Below, piece after piece: positions 25,301 through 37,300 of a stretch of 64,000 nt of DNA. Position numbers and translations under genes: made by a program. Numbering within the stretch: position 1 is the first letter of the stretch; each line of letters begins with the position of its first letter. The DNA lies in the NCBI RefSeq assembly GCF_963921235.1, contig NC_086097.1, positions 145,640,001 through 145,704,000 on the forward strand. Direction: 5' to 3'. Origin of the DNA: Mobula hypostoma (taxonomy: Eukaryota). Below the pieces are notes generated by a model, which saw nothing but the letters and a program-made list of their open reading frames with translations, ran no database searches and was not told the origin of the DNA.

Positions 25301-28300
25301 CTAAATCCCAGGAACCAGTCTCATAAATCTTTCTGGGCCTTCCTCAACGCCTGCTCATCTTTCCTATAACGAGACTACAATATCTTCCATCCAGACCAAA
25401 CCAGTGTTTTATTAAAAATTAGAAGCATCCAACAATTAATGTTGGAAATCATTATTGTTAATAGTTAATTGTAGTAACATTTCTTACAGTAAGCTATCTT
25501 GTACTTGAACAAGTTCTTACAGAAAGCAATTAATTGAAAGCTAATTGGACAGAGACATTGACTAAGTGCAACTGATCCTGCTTCCACTGGCACCCTGTTA
25601 GTATCTAACTGAAGCAACCCTGTGACAGTGCCAAATTAGGGCTGAACTATGCCGGTTAAAGAAGCTTTGAACTTTTGTCGAACAAGGCCTGGAGTGTTAT
25701 TGTTCAAAATTTAGTTATTTCTATAAAACTTAAAGCTTTCTCGAGACTGATGTACTTTTGTGCTTTGACAAGCGGTATTTTCAGGAAAAAAAAGAGTTGG
25801 AGAAAGGGTAATTTCACTTTCTTCATAGGATGTGGACAACGGACAAAACTAGCATTTACTAGCTATTCTTATTACTCTAGAAAAGGTGAAAGCCAGCTAC
25901 TGTGACATTGGAGTAGTCACTAGCAGTTGCCATGAGCCTGGAATCAGAAAGGCTAGAAATGGAAAGGGAAGCAGATTTCCTTCCTTAAAGTTAGTTACAG
26001 ATGGAAATGGACTGTTAGGGCAACCTGTTAGTTTTGCAGTTGGCATTATTAATGCTAGCTTTCTCCAAACTAAGTATTCCTCTTTGTTGATTAAGTGAAT
26101 TTATATTTCTCAGCTATGTGGTTCCATATACATAGTTCCTCAACATTAGTTAAGGTCTCTGGATCAATGGTCTAGTTACCCACCAATATACCATCAACCT
26201 GTGGGAAATACTTTTGCAGATATGTAGATTGAAAAGCTGTACTTCATCTTTCTCCATACAATGCTACTTACATGTGCAACTGCTGCATAGTAATAAATCT
26301 TCATCTGTACCAGCTTCTTCCAGTCTTTCTGAAATTTTCCTATAAGTGAAGCTGTCTCAGAATTTTCCAGTGCACGACAAGCTTCCTTATAATAATCAAC
26401 CACCTGCCAACAATTCAAACTATAAATATCGACCATATTTCTGACACACCATATTTAAAACCAGTGAAATTTCACATTCACAACAATCCAATAACTATAA
26501 ATTGTCACTCAGAATCCATCGGCCAGTTTGTGGGTGTGTGGATACATTGTCTAAACTTGGGTAAGTTTAGACAATATATCCACTTCCCATATAATCAGTT
26601 ATAATATGAAGCATCAGTTAATAATGTTAAACATGACAGCAGAACTTCTGATGAACCTTGGGGATGGAGAGAGAGTCACGAGTGCAGTTACCTCAAAATT
26701 GTTTGAATAGAACGACTGGAGGTTATAAATACCCAAAGTATTAAACTCATTTAGAAAGCCACAGTGTGCATGATGTCACTTAAACAAGGGCAGTATCCAA
26801 GGTAAAAGAAAGCAAGTAGGTTCTTTTGATAGAGGGCATGTGCCTGAAATAAAGCATAAAATAAATTCACAAGCCTAAAATCAGTCTTTTTGATCTCCAC
26901 CTACAAAGAATGAGATTATGAGAAAACTTTACACTATTTTTTTAATAAATTGATCAATTTAAATAGGTCCTATTAAAATCAGTTCTGAGATAAAGATCCA
27001 AAGTGATTAAAGGGAATGGGGATTTTTCAGCTGGGATAGAAAAGGGAAAAGCACACACTGATTAAGTGCTTTCAGAAATGGATTTAATGCTGCAAATAGG
27101 ACTTTAAAGTGTACATGGTATATACCTACTTGAGCACTGATTCTTGCTACAAGAAAACATTTTCTGTTGTCCAACATGGATTTTTCCAAAAGACACTCTT
27201 GAGCTTGTCCCTAAACGTAATGATAGCAAAATGTACGATTAATGAAAAATAACTTGACATTAACTTAATAAAAACCTAGCAGTCATTTATAAAAGTCTTT
27301 TAAATAGAGACATGAAAACATACTTAATTTGTAGTTTGTCGACTGGTAGTACAGATGCTATGATTTCTCGTAACAAAAAGCTACATCTTCTAAGAATGTA
27401 CCATATCAAAGGACATAGCTTCTTATTATACAAACTATAATCTACTTTATTGCAGAAATAATACCTGCAAAAAAGTCCATCACTTTTTTGCTTTACCTCC
27501 TCAACCATTCTCTGCTCAAAAGAATGTCAGTATCAATACCATATGATTTTTCTATGCATCGCCCTATTTCAAACTGCCTCCAAAATCCCTCATTTGGGTC
27601 CAGCACATCAAGACTGTTACTAACAATGTTTTCTTCCACTCTGGGTACAGCAAAGTCACTGGAGTAGATCCTGGGATGGCATGGTTGCCATTTGAGAGAT
27701 TATACGGAAAGTTGCAACTTCTTTTTAAAAAAAAAAGGGGGGGATGGCATGGTAGGTGCACGTAGCTATACATTACCCCTGGCTAAGGAGTCAAGGGTCC
27801 TTTAAAGAGAAAGGTAAGTTTAAAGATAAGGGAAAGTCATTTAGTTGTGGTTCAAGATGGTCAATAATAGTTTTATTGCATTTAATAGGTGTTTTTTCAA
27901 AGTATTATTTAGGTTTATATGGAGTGGATAGGTAAAAAACTTGGCATGTAGTTGGCGGGTTAAAGACTATTTCTGTACTGTACAAATCTTGTAATTAACC
28001 AAATCCAAAGTGATTCTTTTTGCTCTTACACCAAAGTATCTTGGCAAGATAAACTTAAATATTCATCTCCATCCTCCTAAATTAAAATTTCAATGACTGG
28101 CTTGCAAGACCATTGTGAACACGCATTTCGCTACAAGAACGACTTAAAGCCATCTCTCAGACAGTGGCGGTGCTGAGGTGGTGCTATAGCACCAGCAGAA
28201 ATTACCATAGCACCAGCAGGAAATTAACTGAAACTTGACATACAAATTGCAGCTGCTTTCTCTGTATAGTTTTGAATACAGCTTGTTTCTCCAGTTGATC

Positions 28301-31300
28301 TAGTGAAACAGCGCCCCCAATTACCATAGAACTCACATAGCAATAAAGTTATAAACTCTGTGCTGGTCTAAGGTCAGATCCACTCTACACTTCTGTTTAT
28401 TCATTCATTGTCAATGTCTTGCCGTTGCTGTCCTCAGATCAGTTGAGCTTATCTAAAAATCACTGACCTTATAAGGTGGTGATGTCACTCATGCGAAAGA
28501 TTGATAGTATACGTACATCATGCAGGATCCAGGTGCAGATCCATGGTGTCAGGAGACTAAGGGAACGAACACGAACACGAACACACACACACACACACAC
28601 ACACAGTGCTTTTACAATCTAGTGTGGGCCTGGCATGTGCATTATTTTGACCGGCATGAAAAATGGATCGATTTTTAGTGAGAAAACGACCTCATCCATA
28701 GGAATCAGTGGTGTCTCACCCTGAGCCTGTCTTAATTGAAAGTGACATGCAGAAAGAAGTAAGTGGGGATGAGGATGACAGCAGTTCATCAAAAGAGTGT
28801 GAGGGTGAAGTAAAGGAACAAGAAATGGAGCGGGATTCGGAAGAGAACATGGATGAAGCTGCTCTTAGTGCTAGTGGGAATACTGTTAGCAATGTTAGCC
28901 AGCAGCCTGAGGAAGGACCTTGTCGGCCAGCATTGAAAAAGTACCCTTCACAACAGTTTGGCAATCAGCAAAGGAGTTTTATTCGTGCCTGGTTTGACCT
29001 GTACTCCTGACTGGAATATTCGATCACGAAAGATACTACGTTCTGCTTCGCATGCAGGCATTTCCTGTGTGGAGGACATGGGTTCCATTCTGAGTCTACC
29101 TTTACTGTCACCGGTTACCGCAACTGGCGGAAAGCTACAACAGCTTTCAAAACCCACCATGTAAGTGTAGCTCGTAAGTTTGCTATGGAGACATGGGCCG
29201 AATTCAGTTTGAGAAAACAAGACAGTTCAAGATTGGGAAATATGCTTGATAAAGGACATGCAAAGATTGTCCAAGAAAATCATGAGTATATGAGAGCAGT
29301 GGTTGAGTCTCTACGCTATACTGCGTGCCAAGGTGTTGCCCAGCGAGGACACCGGGAGGATGATGGATCTGGCAATAGGAGAAACTGTGTTGAGTTGCTC
29401 AGTGCAATTGGGCAGTTTGATAAGACTGTAGCTAAATAATAGAGGACAATCCTGGAAATGCAAAAAAACACCCATCACGATATCCAAAATGAAATTATGG
29501 GTATTATGGCAACTATGGTCAGACGTCAAATAAGTGCAGAAATCGAGGAGGCTGGACATTTTGCCATCATGGTGGATGAAAGTAAAGACTTGAGTAAAAA
29601 GGAGCAAATATAAGTGGTGGTGCGGTATTTGAATAACGAAACAGTGCTTGAAGAATTCTTGCACTTCACTCCAGCAGAAGGGTTGGACACAGAGTCACTT
29701 CTTAAAAGCATTGAACAGACACCCGCCCAGTGTGTTATTGATAAGAACGCATGTATAGGTCAGTGTTATGACGGGGTGGCAGTGATGTCTGGGTACAGTA
29801 ACGGGGTACAAGAGAGGTTCAGGAAAGAGGTCCCGCAGGCATTATATATACACTGCCATGCTCACAGACTTAACCTTGTTTTAGTGGATGATGTGAGCAA
29901 TGTACCACAAGCGGGTGAGTTTTTTGAAACTGTGCAGCTGCTTTACTTCTTTTCAGACTCTGTTGCCCACGATCTTTTCATGAAGAAAGAGAGAGAACTG
30001 GAATCAACTGCACAGCCCGAGGAGTTGAAGAAATTGTCAAGACACACGCTGGGCATGGCAGTATACAGCTCTGTGGACTATAAGGAAATCACTCCCTACC
30101 ATTCTAGCTACACTACAGATTATTATGGGTCAACCAAATGCACGGAGGAAAACAGAGGCCAGAGCTGTAAATGGACTGATTGACGAGCAGTTTGCTTTAC
30201 TTCTCACTCTGTTTGAGGATTTACTCTGAGTCACCAAGTTCATGTCAGCCCAGCTACAATCTCCCAGTTTGGAGCTTTCATCCACCGTGGATTTAGCTCA
30301 GCCTGTTATCGAAGCACTCTCAGCAAAACGGGGAGAGGAATCATGGAGTGAAATTCAGCCAAGAGCTAGGGACCAGTGCGTCAAGGCCGGTATACAGAGC
30401 AGACCACATGAAAGGAGACAGGCCCAGCCACCCCGCCACCTACATGGTTTTGTTGTTGAGGCCCAAGCCGAACACACACCTGTCACATCCTCTGATGACC
30501 TTCGTAAGCACTGTTTCTATCCGGTTATAGACAGACTTCTAACTGAAATGAAAAGACGGTTCTCAATTGAGACTGGGGGTGTTCTGACTGGAGTCTCAGC
30601 ATTGAGTCCCAAACACAAGCTCTTCCTAGACAAGAATTGTCTTTGGCCAGTGGCCCAATGCTATGGAGTGACTGAAGTGAACCTGACTGCAGAGCTACAT
30701 CAGGTTCGGCGTCTGCTGGAAACAAAACAAAAGCAAGGACGGACAGTGAATGACACAGTGGAATTTCTAGCTCTAATGAGACCCTACCGCGATGCATTTA
30801 TAGATTTATACAAACTGATCTGCATATCACTGACTCTGCCGCATGCAAACGGAGTTTCTCTTGCCTCAGATGCCTCAAAAACTACCTAAGGAATAGCAGC
30901 GGCGATGCACAGAACAGCAACTTGGCCCTGTTGGCCATAAACAGCCGGAGGACCAAAGCACTTGATATCCAGAAAATCATTGATGCTTTCGCCACCAATC
31001 ACAACAACAGACGGATTGTGCTTCTCTGAAAACATCAATGGTGAGTGCAGCTGATTTTTAAAAAAATTTGGGCCTAGACTAATGCTGATTATAATTATTA
31101 TTTTGTGGTGGATACCCCATAGTCCTTTTGTTTCCTGCAAATCCTAAAATATAATATTTACTGTTATTAAGCCTACTGGTTTTGCTTAGACTTCCAAGCG
31201 GTGATTCTGTTGATTTTTGTTTTAAATTCAGTAGCCGAATTACTTGAGGTATTGCATGGTCAGAGTACGATTTGTCCAACTCCTGGTAAAGCCTTGCATC

Positions 31301-34300
31301 TGTTGTTTGCCTTATTTGACTTAAATAATGGTGTATCCTTTGGCATTGTCTGTCTATGTAATGGAAATAGCAGTGAACATTGTGGGTTAGTGTTGTGTTT
31401 TTCAGTTGAAAAGCACGCATTTGACGCTGATTGCGGGATTGGTGCGTGATTCACGTTGTGCGCTGTGGGTCGGATGCTCTGTTGGTTTATTTGTTTATGC
31501 TCTGTGTCGCCCGGGTTGTCTCCGATGCTGTTGACACTGTCACAGTTCACTTCTGTATTAGATCTACCAACTGCTGTTGTTTGTGAATCAACAGAGGCAT
31601 TTATCCTAGGCACATAATGCTTGAAATTGACTTTTGAATGCCATGTGTCTGGCCTTGCCATACATATTACCATACAGTACATTCCTCAGCACCATCATTG
31701 AATAATTCAGCCCCACCGTAGCACCAGCAAGAAAAAAATCTCTGGCTCGCCAGTGCTTTCAGATTAGCCATTCCAATTACTACTTTACAGTCTACTGTAC
31801 CACCTTCAACTTTATGCTCCTATTAAAATTTCCTTCAGCAATGATCTAGCATCACATGAGAACAAATTACTTCTCCATTGTTATTTCACAGACTACCACA
31901 TTAAAACACCATATGTAATATTCCTCTACATTTTTAACAAATCTACATTTTCTAAAGATAGTTACATATTAAAAATGCAATGTCAACCTTTTTTTGAATT
32001 TTCATGTTAAAAGAGCAATCACTGCTGGGATGACATTTATCAAACAGTCCCAAACTCAACACAGTTATAATGCATGCCATTTCAGTCTCAATACAAAATA
32101 CTGAATCCTTAATTTACATATGTAGGGAGGGGCTGGGTGTGTGTGAAGGAATGGGAAGGGAGTGGCGCTATCAGAAATTTTCTCTATATGGATATTGTCT
32201 GACTTGCTGACTATTTCCAATATTTGGATCTTTCAGATTTCTTTCATCAAATCTTATTTTTCAAACCTACTCCTAATGTTACAGCTGTTGGGTTATGAAA
32301 ATTCACCCTTACAGAATTCACAAATCACCATCCAAAAAAAACTAAGACAGAATAATATTCACTCTTACAGAATTGATGCAATTTATTTTTTCAGTTTGCA
32401 TTTCTTGATGTACGCATGGATGATGTAGTATTGTGTTACTGAAAATCAAAATACAGTCTGTTTTATAGGAACACAACTTCCCTATTATTATTAAAGGAGA
32501 ACTACAATCAGAAAATTTTCAAAATATTTACTTTATAATGACAATTTAAATTGCTCCCCTCAAATTCACCTTGGTTCTAATGGCATTGATTGTCATTCAG
32601 GACTCTAATACCAGTTCTAAATGAACTTCCTCTATGAATCAATCCGAGTAGGAAGATTTAGCAGGTTGCTACCAGGACAATGATAAGTGAGCTCAGATGA
32701 TAATCACACAATGCATTTTCAAATAAAGATTAGTAATTAGGAGAAATAATAGTCTGACTTTCACCTCTGACAGGATAGTGAGGACATCTGAGGTAAGCTA
32801 CATCAATTCTGTCCAGGTAACACTCCTAAACATCTTGATGACATCACTGTTAAACACAACTTACCAGCTGACCAGCTGCAAGGTGGTAGAAGACAAGTTT
32901 GCCGAACTTTTGAACCCCATACAAAGACTTGTTCTTACCAGCATGAGATTGATGTTAAGGTTGAGAATCTGGTGGCTCATGTCTACACTGAATGAGTGAC
33001 TGAAGTGATCTCGCAAGTAGGTAAAAGCTCCCGCTGAGCACTGGAAGTGCGTACAGGAAACTTTCATGCCCTGCAAGGGGTCAATGGAAACTCAATTATT
33101 GTATGCATTAAGTGAGAATCTTTATTTTTAGCTTATTTTGCAATTATTTGCTTGTATTGCCTACCTCCTCAGTAACTCTGTTATCCACAGCTCCAAGCAT
33201 CGAGTGAAGGGCTCCTAGAAGAAAAAACAATGCACAACTAGTTCAATGTCTTCGTCATTCATAACCTAGCCCCTTCTGTAATTATCACAATTGAACCTTA
33301 AATGAAAATCCTGAGAAGCCGCAAAATGACTCATGTTGGGATCTGAAAATTGATCCAAATGATCAAGTTAACTCCTCTTCCCAATGCAGCTTCAAATATA
33401 GTTAAGGAAACTAGCCTAAATTACGTTTTCATTTTGCTGGGCCCAAGTTTTAACTAAGAAATTATTTGCATTACATTAATGTAAAATGGTCCAGCAGGGT
33501 TGAATAAGGCAACTTAAGGCACTTGGTTCTGAGCTAACAACCACCATTTATAGTAACATCTAGGTAGAGCAATGATAAATTATGCAATTGACTAAAATAT
33601 AAATAGCTGAAATAGGAATTAAATAAATTGAAATGGAAATTTCAAAATTTTTAAGTAAATGGGCATGAAACAACTACAGCACTGCTAAAATCCATGACAG
33701 TTTCATAACTTTCTCATGAATATATCCACACTATTTGTGAATACCTTCTGAAGTAGCTTTTCAACCACTTAATTCATCAAACCACATCACCCTATTATGA
33801 GCAATATACACTGCAGATAAATACAGGGGGAAAAACAAACATTGAATCATGAATTTCAAAGATTACTGCCAGTGTACAAATTGAACAATGGTTACTTACC
33901 CAAATTATAAAGAATGCAGGCCTGCTCATAGCAAATCTCATCAACCGTTACTGCCTTGCCAGAAAAGATTTCAGTCCTGTCATTTTAAACAAGCAGATTA
34001 GGTTGTCAGTACCTATGCATATTCCTATATAATTATTTTTTTTAAGTTTGAAGATTCAATGATTAGGGAAGTAGTAGGCTATAAAAGTTATATTAGGATA
34101 GTGCATTATCTCAATGTCAAGTTCAAGTGACTGAACATTTGCAAAAGGCAATTCGAAAGGAGAGTGTGAGCACGCCATGGTACCACATTGGAACCAACAA
34201 TTAAGGTAGGAAAAAGGATGAAGTCCTCTGCAAAAAAATTCAAAAGCCAGACCTCAAATTTGGCAATCTCTGATGACTCTATGTTACTCTCTGATCTGGG

Positions 34301-37300
34301 TATCAACAGACACAGACGCCAAAGCAGTATAAACAGTGATAGATACCGGAAATGGATGGCAACATTCAGGGACCCAACCCCGACAGTAGTTCGATAATGT
34401 GTTGCAGGACTTCATGAAGGATGACAAGTAGATGATGAGTGCTTTCTACTGTTCAATTCGTATTTTTTAGACTATAAGAGCTATGAAATGGCTATGCAAC
34501 TCTATCAGATGGAGAGCATTTAATGTCACAAGGATACTTCCAATGACCAAAACAATCATATTTGAAGGAAGTGTCCCCAAATATGGCCTCTCTGGATTAC
34601 AAAGCTGGAGTAGCAACTGAATTCACAACACATATAGGACAGTGAGAAGTTTGTTATTAGCATGTTGTTATTAGGTTGTTAAGAGTACAAGGCAGATAGG
34701 AAACTGCCAAGCTGACTAGAAAGACCAGTAAATGAGCACAAAGCTACTGGTATATTGCAGGTAGTGCAAGAGTCCTAAGAACACAGACCGCTCACTAACA
34801 GATTTTCTATTCTGAATATTGGTGGAGTCTGTGAACCCTTAGGAGAGTATAGCTAGAGTCAGGAGTGTGGCAGTACGAGTGCAAAACACACGATGACAGA
34901 AGAGTCAATAGTTAAGGAGATCGAGAGAATTTGTGTAGCCGTAGAAGGAATTTGTTTTTAGGGAATAAATGTCATACTTCCATGTTTGTCTTTGATACAC
35001 CACCAGGTTGAATTTTAAGTAGATAGTAGAATGTAAACGGGCTTTAACAGGTAAAAACAAAATGAGAAAGTGGGGTAGAACATGGCAAATGGAATACAAT
35101 GTGATCAAAATGTGAAGTCATTCACTTGGTGCTGAAAACAGAAAAGCAGAGGATATAATGAAGACCCCTGAGCATCAGTGGGCAGGTGACAACCCATACT
35201 TCCAATAAAAAAAAAATGAAATCTCGTCAGATGCAAAATTCTGTTCTAACCATGTAACTGGAACAGCTGCTTCCTCTCCTGACCCCATAGGAATGCGACT
35301 CTGCAGATAATGAAGCTGTCCAAAGTACTTCCTCAGTGTACTGCATCCTTCAAAGTCTCTTGTAACATTCACAGCACTCTGTAATGCATAATAAAATATT
35401 TGTGCACAACAAATAAATTTGAACAGACATACAACTATACTTTCAGGCCCCATTTCTCTTATCTCAAGTGTCTCCGCAAAACATCAAGTCTCACAGCATA
35501 CAAATGATCAAACTGCAAGTAACTGAGTACATCACAAACAGCAAAATTGGATGACAATTCCTGATTCAATTTCTTCTATCCTCTCAAATGAAAGTCACTT
35601 ATATAATCTCATTTCATTTTGCATTTTTTCCCCTTGGTGTTGACTGTACCTTAACATCTCAGAATTTTTGATCTTAGTAAAAAAGGATCTTCAAATTATT
35701 TTTTATTTAAATTAACTATAAAATGGAAGTTGCTTAAAAATTACAAATGCTATACAGATGGAAGCCGATAATGAACTTTACATCAAAAGTCTTCCTAAAT
35801 GATACACCATAAACATTAGCAAACAAGAAAAATCACCAGGATACCTACAGTACAGCATCATGGTATCTTCTGTCAAACGCATTTAAAAATGTGGGGAGCT
35901 TACTAGGCCAAGACAAAGCCTAAGAAATATGGTTAAGTCATAGTCATACTTTATTGATCCCAGGGTTGTATCTGGTATAGCACTGCCATCTGATTTTGCC
36001 GGTTAAGTGTTTCTAGGTACATTTTAATATATCTGAAATGGCAGTTAAGTGCCAGAATGATGATAATGTCATAGTTAATCAACAGGATGGACATCAGTGT
36101 GGGGATCGTATTTACGTTTATGTAACTCACTAAACTCTGCCCGCTGTGGTATTCCTAGATGGAGTGAGCATCCTTCTACAAAAGATTAACTTTTAAAATG
36201 CTATTCGGGGACCATATAAAAATCAGACTAGCTCAAGTAACTGCTGATACTATCACAACAAACTAAAGAGATAGCAGAGGCGAAATGTTACATTAAAATA
36301 TTCTATACTGCTAAGAAAACGTGTAGTGGCAGTAATGATGGTCTTAGCTATTAAAGAATGTTTAGACAAAAATATGTCATGTTATTATACTTCGCAATAG
36401 CTGATATTCATGACATTATATAAAAACTCAGCTCTGCTAAGCTTCAAGTTACTTTGGTTTGATCTGAACAGCAGTTGTAATCTCATGCACAAGAATGGAT
36501 TAGAAATACTAACCGCACAGGTACTGAAAAACAACCACAGGTAGTTACATTGATTACACCATTAAAAAAGATGAAGGGTAATTGGGCAGAAAGAGCAATA
36601 GATTTGATTAAAATATAGGATTACAAATATTCTTATACTTAGTTTGCTGTAAGAATAAACACAGTCTCTGTTTATGTTAAAATGTATTAATTTCTAAATC
36701 AATCACTATTTTCAAATGCAATTAAAGATAGTTGGCATGACATCAATGCCCATGTAAGCAAAGTGCCCACTTCAAAGAATATAATGATGTAATAATAACT
36801 CAAGTGTCCTGCTAATCTACAAAATCCTTTTATATACAGCACTGTATTCTGTAACAAAACAGCTAAATAACGGTACAGACTTATTTTGAAATCATGACTC
36901 AAGATTTCCAGAATGGTCAGTTAAGTTCTTAAGGAGTCCTTCTGAGTCAGGAATGATTTTCAAGTGACTGACTCATGATAAGCTATCCTGTGCCTTCTCT
37001 GCTTTCAGCAAGTGGGCCCTGGGGTATTTTGTCCCATACATGGCTTTGATGGCCTTGAAGAATCCAGGATTGTTTTGATTACCTGGAAGTCACTGGACTC
37101 TTTTCACCCACAGTCTGTCCTTCAGTTCACCTTTTTTGCTGTACCTCAGCCTTCAACTGTCTATTTAAAAGTTCCTTAATTCTCTGGACATAGAGTTTTC
37201 ACCAAGACTTTAACCATCATGAAATCTGTCCTCATGTTTTACTTCATAGGTGCTAATTATAGCAAATAATTATCCAGTTCATGTGGGGTTAAATGGTTTT

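Noticed and set aside
25480..25760. Possible conserved non-coding element with TAATT motifs
   Set aside because: Cannot be supported without cross-species alignment
28663..31029. Host ZMYM1-like gene
   Set aside because: Multiple stops and frameshifts, bounded by TIRs and a TSD
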